Origin: an uncultured Anaerolineales bacterium
GTDB taxonomy: Bacteria; Chloroflexota; Anaerolineae; Anaerolineales; JABWBV01
Length of the DNA stretch: 64,000 nt
Direction of reading: 5' to 3'
Assembly: GCA_964489525.1 (NCBI GenBank)
Contig: CAZAYY010000021.1
Coordinates: 104-64,103 of the forward strand
In this document: in pieces, positions 16,482 through 25,469 of the stretch
Layout: every line of letters starts with the position of its first letter
Numbering within the stretch: position 1 is the stretch's first letter
Program-made: the position numbers and the translations under genes
The notes under the pieces: model-generated
What the model was told of the DNA's origin: nothing
Database searches by the model: none
The model's input: the letters and a program-made list of their open reading frames with translations, nothing else

Positions 16482-17441
16482 CTAAATCTCGATATCGGCA
16501 ACCTTGTTCATTGCAAAATAACCAGCGACAATCATTAAACCGCCGGTAACCAGTATGGGAATACCGCACATGCGATTGCCTGGTAAGAAAAATTGCTCCA
16601 TGTAGCTTCGGTTAACAAACCACAGGAACAGCGCCAAAGCAATCGGCATAATCGCCAGAATGCGGCCTGAATACAAAACCTGGGCAACCAGGGTTTGAAT
16701 TTCCCGTTTAATCCGGATGCGTTCACGAATGGTAAAAGCAATGATATCCAAAATTTCGGAGAGATCACCACCGACCTCGCGTTGGATGTTCATGGCTGTG
16801 ATAATAAAGTCCAGGTCTTCACTGGGAATGCGGCGCAGCAAGTTGTTTAACGCCTCTGGCATCGGTAAGCCGAGTGCCATTTCGCGAACTACCCGGCGAA
16901 ACTCATCGCTAATTGGGGTGGGCAGTTCTTTTGCAACCGCCTCCATTGCCTGGACTGGCGAATAGCCCGCCCGCAGCCCATTGACCATCAGGCTGAGCAT
17001 ATCGGGAAGCTGGTCATTAAACGACTGCAGGCGCTTGGTTTTCTGGCTGTTTACATAAGCACGTGGCAAAAACGGACCAATGGCAGCCAATAAAATTGCG
17101 CCAATCTCGCCACCACCGTACATATAGCCAATGAAACCCAAGAAAGCAGAAGCAATAATAATCAGCGCCACATACTCGCCCGGCTTTAGCTTTAAATCGG
17201 CCTGGGCAAGCTCTTTTTTGATTCTCTCGCCAAAGTTCGTGCGTTCAACCCGAGCACCAATCCAATCGGTCAGGGGTGTAGAGTCTTTCTTGGGACCTTC
17301 TGCAATGAGCGGTTCGTCATAAATCTGCCCCAGGCGTTCATCCACAAGCGAGCGCTGGTTGCGCACGGTTACAAAACCAGCGATAAGAATCACGATCCCG
17401 AGGATACCGCCAATCACCAGGATTACGGTTACAAAATCCAT
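16482..17441 (-). CDS. tadB: Flp pilus assembly platform protein TadB (T2SSF family)
   Basis: T2SSF domain (QLPDMLSLMVNGLRAGYSPVQAMEAV). It is adjacent to cpaF. Confidence 0.85.
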   Translation of the reverse strand: MDFVTVILVIGGILGIVILIAGFVTVRNQRSLVDERLGQIYDEPLIAEGPKKDSTPLTDWIGARVERTNFGERIKKELAQADLKLKPGEYVALIIIASAFLGFIGYMYGGGEIGAILLAAIGPFLPRAYVNSQKTKRLQSFNDQLPDMLSLMVNGLRAGYSPVQAMEAVAKELPTPISDEFRRVVREMALGLPMPEALNNLLRRIPSEDLDFIITAMNIQREVGGDLSEILDIIAFTIRERIRIKREIQTLVAQVLYSGRILAIMPIALALFLWFVNRSYMEQFFLPGNRMCGIPILVTGGLMIVAGYFAMNKVADIEI

Positions 17442-17465
17442 CTTTCAGGCCTCCATTCGACCGGG

Positions 17466-18893
17466 TTACTTACGCCTTTGCTGAGCAAGGCCAAAAATTG
17501 TGGGCGGCAAATGAATGCCCGCCGCTTCAATTTTATCCATAAATTTGGGCCGCAGGCCGGTTGGGCGCAATCGACCCATAATTTTTCCGTTTTCCAACCC
17601 GGTTTGCTCAAACACAAAAATGTCTGTGGTCGTAATAACGGTGCCCTCCATCCCAGTGACTTCGGTGATGTAAACCACCTTGCGCGTGCCATCGCGCATC
17701 CGTTCCTGGTGGACAATCAAATCAACCGCGGAAGAGATTTGCTCTCGAATCGCTTTGACGGGCAATTCCATCCCCGCCATTAATGTCATGGTTTCGAGGC
17801 GAGAGAGGGTGTCGCGTGGGCTGTTGGAGTGGGCTGTGGTCATCGAACCATCGTGGCCGGTGTTCATGGCCTGGAGCATGTCCAGGGCGGCTTCATCACG
17901 AATTTCCCCGACCACGATCCGGTCGGGGCGCATACGTAGGGCGTTAATCACGAGGTGGCGAATGGTAATTTCACCCCGGCCTTCAATGTTGGCCGGGCGC
18001 GATTCCAACGTCACCACATGCTCCTGGCGAAGCTGCAGTTCGGCCGCGTTTTCAATGGTCAAAATCCGTTCATCGGCAGGAATAAAACTGGAGAGAATGT
18101 TGAGCAGGGTGGTTTTGCCAGAACCAGTGCCGCCCGACACCACAATGTTGAGACGGGCCATCACACAGGCTCGCAAAAATTGGAGCGCTTCAGGGGTCAG
18201 CGAACCAAACTCAACCAGCTGCTCCACCGTGATGGGCACTTTCGAAAACTTTCGGATGGTCAGGGTGGGGCCCACCAGGGAAATCGGAGGAATCACGGCA
18301 TTTACACGGGAACCGTCAGGAAGACGAGCATCTACATAGGGGCTGGATTCGTCAATCCGACGGCCCAGGGGCGCCACAATCCGGTCGATAATGCGCATCA
18401 CATGGTCATCACTTTCAAAAGTTACCGGCACTCGTTCAATCCGACCTTTACGTTCAATGTAGATATTCTTGGCCCCGTTAACCATAATTTCCGAAATTCC
18501 TTCGGCATCAATCAGCTCTTGCAGCGGGCCAAAACCAAGAATTTCAGCTGAGATTTGTTCAAACAAGCGCTGCCGTTCCGGCCGGGTGAGAATGATTTTT
18601 TCTTCCGCCAGAATTTGTTCAAAAAGTTCCTGGATTGTGCGCTTTACCTCAGCCGTTTTCGATACGTCAATCGAAGGATCCAATTCAGCCAATAAACGAT
18701 TCTGAACGCGCGTCTTTAAATCAAAATAGGTGTTTTGTTGAGGACTGACACCTGGAGGGGCAACCCGGCGCGTGCGCAGCGCTGCCAGGCGAGATTCTTC
18801 ATCGCCGGAAGACGGCCCGCCAGCAGAACCTGGGGTTTGGGGTTTTCCGGGCTGCTGCTGTCCTTGTTCAATTCTTCTCAGTAATGACGACAT
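17466..18893 (-). CDS. cpaF: Tad/Flp pilus secretion ATPase CpaF/TadA
   Basis: Walker A VSGGTGSGKTTLLN, GEIRDEAALDMLQAMNTGHDGSMTTAHSNS, and the FHA-less CpaF N-domain. Confidence 0.92.
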   Translation of the reverse strand: MSSLLRRIEQGQQQPGKPQTPGSAGGPSSGDEESRLAALRTRRVAPPGVSPQQNTYFDLKTRVQNRLLAELDPSIDVSKTAEVKRTIQELFEQILAEEKIILTRPERQRLFEQISAEILGFGPLQELIDAEGISEIMVNGAKNIYIERKGRIERVPVTFESDDHVMRIIDRIVAPLGRRIDESSPYVDARLPDGSRVNAVIPPISLVGPTLTIRKFSKVPITVEQLVEFGSLTPEALQFLRACVMARLNIVVSGGTGSGKTTLLNILSSFIPADERILTIENAAELQLRQEHVVTLESRPANIEGRGEITIRHLVINALRMRPDRIVVGEIRDEAALDMLQAMNTGHDGSMTTAHSNSPRDTLSRLETMTLMAGMELPVKAIREQISSAVDLIVHQERMRDGTRKVVYITEVTGMEGTVITTTDIFVFEQTGLENGKIMGRLRPTGLRPKFMDKIEAAGIHLPPTIFGLAQQRRK

Positions 18894-18912
18894 TCTTTAC
18901 TCCTCACACAGA

Positions 18913-20160
18913 TTATTTTCGTCCCAATCGCAAAGACTCAACAGATTCAGGTTCCATTAAAAATTTATGGACTGCTTCCGCAACGCTGGTAATTCCTTTT
19001 GCAACCGGTTGTGAACGATTTTTTGGATCGATCATAAAAGGAACACCACGGTTCACAGATGGCACCACAATTCTTTCATCAAAAGGCAGAATTACAGTAA
19101 ACTCCTTTTTCAGGTTCGCACTCACCCTTTCCGGGGTGATGGTGATGCGTTTGTCGTACTTATTCATCAAGAACAGGATATTGGCACTGTTGATGCCCAT
19201 CACATTGGCTACCTCAAAGAAGGAGCGCATCGCAGCAATCGAGGGAATATCCTGTGTGGTTACAGCCAGAATCACGTCACTGGCATCGAGGGCAGCAATT
19301 GTGCTGTCGGTTAACGCCGGAACAGTATCCACCAACACATAATCATAAATATTCCGGCAAAACTCCAACACTTTGAGAAACTGGTCACCGCTGATTTCTT
19401 CCGCCAGTTCCGGGCGGGGTGGCGCTGGCAGAATTTTTACACCAGAGTCATGGGTAACCACAACATTTTCAACCACCTCGCGTTCAAGTTTATCGGCTCG
19501 AATCGTCAGGTCACCAATGTGATTTTTGGCTTGCTGGTTGAAAAAAATGGATACATTGCCAAAGTGAAGGTTTCCATCCACCACAAGCACATTTTTACCT
19601 TCTTGTTTCAGATGGACCGCCAGGTTGGTCAGCAAGGTGGTGCAGCCATTGCCACCCTTTGGACTGTAAACCGAAACAATCACGCCATTTACGCTTCCGG
19701 CCTGTGCACTCATTTGAATCGGGCCAGAACCCGGCTTGGCGGCAACCACCGAAGTGGCTTTCTCGCGCTCTTCAGCAGCCATTTTCCCTGCCCGGCGGAT
19801 GGCCGAAATCAGCTCATCAATGTTGGGCGGTTTGGTCAGAAAATCGCGAGCGCCAGCCAACATGGCCCGGCGCATGTAGTTTGGATCCCCTTGAACTGAT
19901 AGGATTACGATTTGCGCCCACGCCTGCGACTGGCGGATTTTTTCAGTGGCAGTAATACCATCCATATCGGGCATATTGATGTCCATCAATATGACGTCGG
20001 GCTTGAGGGCATTCGTCGATTCAATAGCCTCTTTGCCCGTTTTTGCCATGCCAACCACTTCTACATCCGCCTCAAACTGCAGCAGTTTGCGGATGTTATC
20101 GCGAGTTTCAGCAATATCATCAACAATCAGGACACGTATCTTTCCTGGCGCCATAAACAA
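18913..20160 (-). CDS. response-regulator receiver fused to CpaE/TadZ-type ParA/MinD-like ATPase
   Basis: The N-terminal REC domain has an intact acidic pocket and acceptor context (VLIVDDIAETR...DVILMDINMPDMDG). The C-terminal part carries the deviant Walker A SPKGGNGCTTLLTNLA. Confidence 0.85.
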   Translation of the reverse strand: MFMAPGKIRVLIVDDIAETRDNIRKLLQFEADVEVVGMAKTGKEAIESTNALKPDVILMDINMPDMDGITATEKIRQSQAWAQIVILSVQGDPNYMRRAMLAGARDFLTKPPNIDELISAIRRAGKMAAEEREKATSVVAAKPGSGPIQMSAQAGSVNGVIVSVYSPKGGNGCTTLLTNLAVHLKQEGKNVLVVDGNLHFGNVSIFFNQQAKNHIGDLTIRADKLEREVVENVVVTHDSGVKILPAPPRPELAEEISGDQFLKVLEFCRNIYDYVLVDTVPALTDSTIAALDASDVILAVTTQDIPSIAAMRSFFEVANVMGINSANILFLMNKYDKRITITPERVSANLKKEFTVILPFDERIVVPSVNRGVPFMIDPKNRSQPVAKGITSVAEAVHKFLMEPESVESLRLGRK

Positions 20161-20182
20161 ACAACCTTTTATTCGCTACCCG

Positions 20183-21376
20183 CTATGGGGTGACAGCATC
20201 GTTACGCAATGGGGGCAGCTGCAGTTGATCCACTCTCGGCTCAAAACCATAAGGCAGTTTGAGCGGTAAGGGGATGTTATATTGGTTGAGCAAAAACTGC
20301 AAAGTGACCGCCTCGGTTTGGACAACCCCTTCATCGCGAGCCGAGCGCATGGCCAGGGTGAGCTGTGCGCCGCTGAACATGGCGTAATTAAGGGCGACTG
20401 CGTCTTGTGGAGAAACAATCAAGGTAATCACATCAGGAGGTAGCGGTTTTTCAGGGGCAACCTGCTCCGCAGGGACGGCTTCCGGGTTGGCGGGGTCTGG
20501 TGTTGGGGTGGGTTGGGCAGCCTGCTCGGCCAGTTCCTTTTCGTAGGCTTCATCTTCTTCGGTTTTGAACGAACCCACCTGCAGTACAATCGCATTTTGG
20601 ACGAGGGTTTGGCTCACCAGCCGTGGGCGCTGAGGTTCGGAAGGTACCACATGGAACGGCTGACTGAGGGTTTCATTCAGGTCTACCCGGCCAATCGGCG
20701 AAACGGCACCGCCCGAAATTATTTGTGCGGTCAGAATTTCCATCAGTTCATCCGTGGTCACCGAAGCACTGGCACCTTCTTCAGTGCCGCTGCCCAAAAC
20801 AATCGAGGGACCCGGAGCAATAATCGCGGAGGAATAGTTGGGCAGAATGGATTGGAAGTCAACATCCAGGTCCACCAGCTGAGCAGTCATAATCACATTG
20901 ACATGATCGCCCTTGCGCAAACCAAAGGCAACGGCTGATAAACGCGAAATAGGAATGGAGACTGCCACCTGGCCAGGAGGAATTTGCAAAGCAGCATCGG
21001 AACCATAGCTGGAAAGCCCTTCAATGCTGTCTACAATCATGGCAGGGGTGAGGAAAACTCCTGGTTCCATGTCGTACCGGGCCCGCATGCCAATTACCTG
21101 GGTCATATCGGTAATCAAAAGCCCGGCCACAGGGTCATCACGCGAAATAGAAACCATGGTTACCACATCTTCACTGATCACCTCTGAACGGGCAATGCGT
21201 TGGGTGGTAATGACAACGTTCAAAGGAACTGGGGTTGGGGTTGGCTGTACCTCCGGCACCAAAGGCACCTGGGTTTCACCACCACCTCCCGCAAGGCGGG
21301 GAAGTAATATGGCTACTGCACCAATCAAAACGATTAATACTAAGCCTAAGAGTAAAAACAATCTGCCTCGACGCAT
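20183..21376 (-). CDS. cpaB: Flp pilus assembly protein CpaB/RcpC
   Basis: N-terminal TM followed by SAF and RcpC-like domains. The start is moved to the ATG at 21376 (MRRGRLFLLLG), which has AGGAGG 7 nt upstream; the track start at 21394 is a TTG. Confidence 0.85.
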   Translation of the reverse strand: MRRGRLFLLLGLVLIVLIGAVAILLPRLAGGGGETQVPLVPEVQPTPTPVPLNVVITTQRIARSEVISEDVVTMVSISRDDPVAGLLITDMTQVIGMRARYDMEPGVFLTPAMIVDSIEGLSSYGSDAALQIPPGQVAVSIPISRLSAVAFGLRKGDHVNVIMTAQLVDLDVDFQSILPNYSSAIIAPGPSIVLGSGTEEGASASVTTDELMEILTAQIISGGAVSPIGRVDLNETLSQPFHVVPSEPQRPRLVSQTLVQNAIVLQVGSFKTEEDEAYEKELAEQAAQPTPTPDPANPEAVPAEQVAPEKPLPPDVITLIVSPQDAVALNYAMFSGAQLTLAMRSARDEGVVQTEAVTLQFLLNQYNIPLPLKLPYGFEPRVDQLQLPPLRNDAVTP

Positions 21377-21663
21377 TGACTTGCCTCCTAACAAAAGGTT
21401 GTCGGAATCATTTATCTAATTTTACATTAAATACTTAAAAAAAGCGAACATGTGTATACCACATTATTCCCATTACCCCCCTGTTTTTTCGCTTTTGCCC
21501 TGGTCCTTACCCAAAAAATCACATAACTGCTCACTCAATCCCCAAAAAACTCATCCCCATGAGGAAAAAGCCGCAAGGGAAGGTTGGGGTGGGGACATTT
21601 CAAATGGACACCTGGTAACGAAAATCCCAAGGCTTCGCTGTTTGGCAAGTGCAAACTTAAAAC

Positions 21664-21690
21664 ATAAAGGGCTCTTTTGGAGCCCTTTAT
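21664..21690 (-). terminator. hairpin terminator after flp
   Basis: On the minus strand: GGGCTC-caaaa-GAGCCC followed by TTTATGTT, 29 nt after the flp stop. Confidence 0.5.
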
Positions 21691-21718
21691 GTGCAGAGCC
21701 AATTTGTGCGCGCTCTAA

Positions 21719-21871
21719 TTAGATGTTAGAAATGATGTTCGAGAAAACATTACCGATGGCCGGTCCGAGCAGGGCAAGAATAACGATAACAACAACTGCA
21801 ACCAATACAAGAATCAACGCATATTCAACAAGACCCTGGCCCTTTTCTTGTTCTTTAGGAGCGAATAACAC
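21719..21871 (-). CDS. flp: Flp/Fap family pilin (50 aa), missing from the ORF track
   Basis: My hand translation of the minus strand gives (V)LFAPKEQEKGQGLVEYALILVLVAVVVIVILALLGPAIGNVFSNIISNI*. It has the G/xxxEY Flp processing motif and a hydrophobic core. GGAGG lies 7 nt upstream of the GTG at 21871. Confidence 0.85.
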   Translation of the reverse strand: MLFAPKEQEKGQGLVEYALILVLVAVVVIVILALLGPAIGNVFSNIISNI

Positions 21872-21928
21872 AGAAATCACCTCCTTTCTTCGCAAAGTGT
21901 ACCTTCATAAAATGGAAAGTCTGAAAAG

Positions 21929-21957
21929 ATTATAGACGATTTTTTTAATTGACGCAA
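21929..21957 (-). promoter_or_regulatory. candidate flp promoter
   Basis: On the minus strand: TTGCGT (21957-21952), a 17-nt spacer, then TATAAT (21934-21929), preceded by an A/T-rich UP-like tract. Confidence 0.5.
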
Positions 21958-21996
21958 TAGTACTAAAGGCGTAATCTGAAAGATTTTTATTTTTTA

Positions 21997-23070
21997 TTAA
22001 GCAATATCCGGTGATTTACTGGCAGGTATCTTAAAAATCACCTTGGCCCCTCTTCCGGGAAAGGTTTCCAGGCTGAAGGTGCCGCCAACCAGTTCAACCC
22101 GTTCGCGCACCACGCGCAACCCCACACTTTGCTCATTTTCAATCACTTCAGGATCAAAACCTTTGCCATTATCTTCAACAAACAGGTGAACTTCTTTGTC
22201 TGTGATATCTAAATGAGCCCTAATTTCGGTGCCCTGGCTGTGGTTAAGTGCGTTGCGCAGCAGTTCCTGGTACGAGCGAAAAACCACAACTTCCAGGTAT
22301 GACTCAAGCCGGCGTTCGGTGCCCGTAACCATGATATCGATGTCAATATTCGCGTGCTCTTTAACAGCATCCGTGTAGCGTTTAATGGTTGGGGCCAACC
22401 CCAGGTCATCCAACATCATCGGACGAAGTTCAAAAATGAAATCGCGCACTTTTTGCAAGGTCGAGGTTGCAGCGGTTTTAAGAACCGAAAGCTCCTCGCG
22501 TGCCCGGCCTTGGTCCAGGTCGAACAGGCGGGCTGCAATTTCGGTTTGCAAAATGAAATTGGAAAGGGTTTGAGCCGGGCCATCGTGCATCTGGCGAGAA
22601 AGGCGCAAACGTTCATCCTCCTGAGCGCGGATAATCGTTTCAACTGTGGCAAAGGAACCAGGCTTGGCTTTTTCTGGGGTTTCCGCGCGGTTGAACACCT
22701 GGTTCACTCGCTCTAATAACTCATAATATTTTTGCAGGGTAGTCTCTTCCTGTTCCATTTTTTCGAGCTGCCCACGCATAACAAATAATCGCTGCTGCGC
22801 GTCCAAAGCAGATTCGTACGCCGAGCGAACATCTGCAGCCGACATGGTTTGTAATTGAGCCTGCATTTGCTGGATTTGCGTCGTAATGGAAGCATTGCGC
22901 CGGGCAAGTTTATTGACTTCAACCTGGCTTTGTTGAATTTTGCGCATTAAATCGCGTTTCTGATACAAAACCTGGTCAATTTCCGAGGCGACAAATTGGC
23001 TGAAGGAATCGCCATCTTCTGCAATTGGTTCGGGATCCTGGTCCAAATCTGAAAACACCATCGAATTCAC
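21997..23070 (-). CDS. cytoplasmic sensor histidine kinase, DegS-like (HisKA_3 + HATPase_c)
   Basis: No TM segments. A long coiled-coil N-terminus is followed by the H-box ERLRLSRQMHDGPAQTLS and an ATPase domain (DNGKGF...GLRVVRERVELVGG). Confidence 0.88.
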   Translation of the reverse strand: MNSMVFSDLDQDPEPIAEDGDSFSQFVASEIDQVLYQKRDLMRKIQQSQVEVNKLARRNASITTQIQQMQAQLQTMSAADVRSAYESALDAQQRLFVMRGQLEKMEQEETTLQKYYELLERVNQVFNRAETPEKAKPGSFATVETIIRAQEDERLRLSRQMHDGPAQTLSNFILQTEIAARLFDLDQGRAREELSVLKTAATSTLQKVRDFIFELRPMMLDDLGLAPTIKRYTDAVKEHANIDIDIMVTGTERRLESYLEVVVFRSYQELLRNALNHSQGTEIRAHLDITDKEVHLFVEDNGKGFDPEVIENEQSVGLRVVRERVELVGGTFSLETFPGRGAKVIFKIPASKSPDIA

Positions 23071-23079
23071 TCCTTTTGG

Positions 23080-23775
23080 TTATGCTTCTTTACGGTCATG
23101 CAGCCTCACCCAACCATGGCGCAGCGCATATACAGCGGCCTGAGTTCGATCTTCTACTTCAAGTTTTCGTAAAATGGCGGTGACATGGTTCTTCACGGTT
23201 TGGTGGCTGATGCCAAGCCGCATCGCGATTTCTTTGTTGCTCAACCCCTGGGTAATACAAACCAAAACTTCCATCTCACGAATGGATAAGGGTTGGAGGG
23301 TTTCTTCTTGCTGGTCATTGACCTGGGTGGTGGAAGGCCCCACACGGGACTCAATCCACGTGTTCAAATCAGCCAGCGTATACACCTTTTCCCCAATGAC
23401 ATAATTCCCTGAAACCACTTCTCGAATCACCCGGGTTAGCAGTTCTGGGTGAATATCCTTGGCACAGTATGCTGCCGCTCCGGCACGCATGGAATGAATC
23501 ACCTGGGTCTGGTCGTCGTACCCCGTTAGCAAAATGATGCGCGTGGGCAATTTTTCAAGAATCAACTGGCGAGCCACCTGTTGGCCATTGATCCCAGGCA
23601 GGTTAATGTCCAAAATCACCACATCCGGGCGCACCGCCCGTAATATGGTCATGGCTTCATCCCCATTAGATGCCTGGCCTACAACCTCAAAATCCGGCTC
23701 AAAAGACAAGGCTTCTATTACACCCTGGCGAAAGAGAGGATGGTCATCAATGACTACCAAAGAAATTTGCCGCAT
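23080..23775 (-). CDS. NarL/FixJ-family response regulator (REC + LuxR-type HTH), DegU-like
   Basis: The REC domain reads VVIDDHPLFRQG...DVVILDINLPGING. The C-terminal HTH reads LSIREMEVLVCITQGLSNKEIAMRLGISHQTVKNHV. Confidence 0.9.
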   Translation of the reverse strand: MRQISLVVIDDHPLFRQGVIEALSFEPDFEVVGQASNGDEAMTILRAVRPDVVILDINLPGINGQQVARQLILEKLPTRIILLTGYDDQTQVIHSMRAGAAAYCAKDIHPELLTRVIREVVSGNYVIGEKVYTLADLNTWIESRVGPSTTQVNDQQEETLQPLSIREMEVLVCITQGLSNKEIAMRLGISHQTVKNHVTAILRKLEVEDRTQAAVYALRHGWVRLHDRKEA

Positions 23776-23809
23776 AATGGTTCACACCCAAATTGATTAA
23801 TTCTCAGAA

Positions 23810-23838
23810 AGTATAGCATATCCCATGAGGGCCTGCAA
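23810..23838 (-). promoter_or_regulatory. candidate promoter of the response-regulator/kinase pair
   Basis: On the minus strand: TTGCAG (23838-23833), a 17-nt spacer, then TGcTATACT (extended -10, 23815-23810). It lies 16 nt downstream of repeat copy B in the same relative orientation as copy A and its promoter. Confidence 0.35.
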
Positions 23839-23853
23839 TGCAATGATTGTGTT

Positions 23854-23934
23854 AGGTGCGCGCAAATGTTGTTAGAATTTGCGGTTCTCACTTTCCAACC
23901 CCACCCCAGGTTTGGGGCAGGGAGTTCAAATCTG
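23854..23934 (-). repeat. structured intergenic repeat, copy B (inverted relative to copy A)
   Basis: The reverse complement reads cagatttgaactccctgccccaaacctggggtggggttggaaagtgagaaccgcaaattctaacaacatttgcgcgcacct. It aligns with 13137-13228. Confidence 0.75.
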
Positions 23935-23963
23935 TGGTGGGGTAAAACCTGTACCCATCTTAA

Positions 23964-25469
23964 TCAGGGTACAACGGGCTTTTGCCATTGATAGACCGTC
24001 ATATTGGTTCCGCCTTGAGCTGGGGCAAACGGAGCCTGGGTTGAAAAAACCACCCGCCGGTCTTTTTCCAGGTAGGGATACCAGCCTGCCAGGGTGACCA
24101 GGTATTTCGGCTTGCGCTGGTCCAGGTAGGCTTCCAACTTTGGCTCATCCCGGATAAACGGAATGACATCCGGCAAAATCAGACCAGCCAGGTCCACAAT
24201 CGGGCGTTTGCCAAAATAGCCTAAAGCGCCAATATCATGCGCCGCCACCAGGGTTTGCGGGGCGCTGGTGGCCGCAATCCAACGAGCGGTTTCCACCATC
24301 TCCGACTCGATATAAGCAACATCCCTGGCATAAGCCTGCCCACCCAGTCCGCAAAAAACCAGCAGGGCTGCACCCACAGCCAATGACCAGGCCCGGCTGA
24401 GGATTCTCCGCCAGACAGTCCGGCTGTTTGGCCTTGCCCAGGCCGCCAGGCCTGCTAACGCCAACAGCAAAAAAACCGGTATGACAGGCATAATATAACG
24501 GCCATGCTGGTAGGTTACCGGCAGGCGAATGGCATACAATCCCAGGTAGCCCAACACCCAGAATATACTGGCCAACACAGGCCAGTTTTTTCGCCGCCAG
24601 GACTGGTAAGTTGTATTCAAAAAACCAGGCAGCAGCAAAGCCCCTACACCCACCAGGGGTAAACCCGCCTGCTGAACCAGGCGGACAAAGAGCGGCTGTT
24701 CGCGCAGCACAGCATATTCCGCCTGCTTGGCGAAAAATGTGTTCGGCCACCATGCGCCAGCCAGGGCCTGGTTAAAAACCAGGTACGGGAGAAACAGCGC
24801 TCCAAAACCCAAAAAAAACCAACCCAAAAGCCGCGCCCGAGTGAACCCCGCCTGGCGGCCAAAAGCGCCCACCAGCAGAACCGGGCCAAGCAGGGTGATG
24901 GCATCTGGCCGCAGCCAGGTACCCACCCCCACCAACCCACCCAACCCCAACCAGGCTAACGGGCGCGGGCGCATCCCAAGCGCAAGCCAACCCAATGCAG
25001 CAGTGACAACCACAGCAAAGCTCAGGGTTTCCATACCCGAAGCGGCCGCCCAAACCATGTGCCATTCCAAGACAAGCAGCAGCCCGGCCCAAAACGCATT
25101 CCCGGCTTTTTCAGGCGCATACGCCCGAAAAACAGACATCCCCACCAGGCCCAAGCCTGAAAGCGCCACCCAACCCAAAAAGAACGCCCATACCAGCGGC
25201 TCAACCCCAAGCGCATACCCCAATGCGAGCAGCACTGTCCAAAGCGGCGCGGTGGAGCCTGCCGTAGGTTGGCCAGGAAAAAACGACCACTCGCCGGACT
25301 GCCCCAGGCTGCGGGCGTAAGTTTGGTGAATCCAGGCATCGTCCAGCGGAAAACCAGGGCGGTAGAGCCAGGCGCTCGCCAGCAGATACAGTCCCACAAC
25401 CAGCCCGGCAGCCAGGCAAACCCAGGCATGCCAGCGCCATTTCCGCCAAAAAGCCGCAGCAAATTTCAT
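23964..25469 (-). CDS. polytopic membrane protein, putative GT-C glycosyltransferase (DDA-motif type)
   Basis: About 12 hydrophobic segments. An acidic motif follows TM1 (RPGFPLDDAWIHQTYARSLGQSGEW). There is a short C-terminal soluble domain. ATGA overlap with the upstream gene. Confidence 0.6.
   Translation of the reverse strand: MKFAAAFWRKWRWHAWVCLAAGLVVGLYLLASAWLYRPGFPLDDAWIHQTYARSLGQSGEWSFFPGQPTAGSTAPLWTVLLALGYALGVEPLVWAFFLGWVALSGLGLVGMSVFRAYAPEKAGNAFWAGLLLVLEWHMVWAAASGMETLSFAVVVTAALGWLALGMRPRPLAWLGLGGLVGVGTWLRPDAITLLGPVLLVGAFGRQAGFTRARLLGWFFLGFGALFLPYLVFNQALAGAWWPNTFFAKQAEYAVLREQPLFVRLVQQAGLPLVGVGALLLPGFLNTTYQSWRRKNWPVLASIFWVLGYLGLYAIRLPVTYQHGRYIMPVIPVFLLLALAGLAAWARPNSRTVWRRILSRAWSLAVGAALLVFCGLGGQAYARDVAYIESEMVETARWIAATSAPQTLVAAHDIGALGYFGKRPIVDLAGLILPDVIPFIRDEPKLEAYLDQRKPKYLVTLAGWYPYLEKDRRVVFSTQAPFAPAQGGTNMTVYQWQKPVVP

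Noticed and set aside
21450-21935. Plus-strand ORFs 21450-21722 (90 aa) and 21723-21935 (70 aa)
   Set aside because: The second is the antisense of the Flp pilin gene, which has a canonical motif, RBS and promoter. The first lies in the flp-cpaB spacer, has no RBS and has His/Pro/Ser-rich composition.
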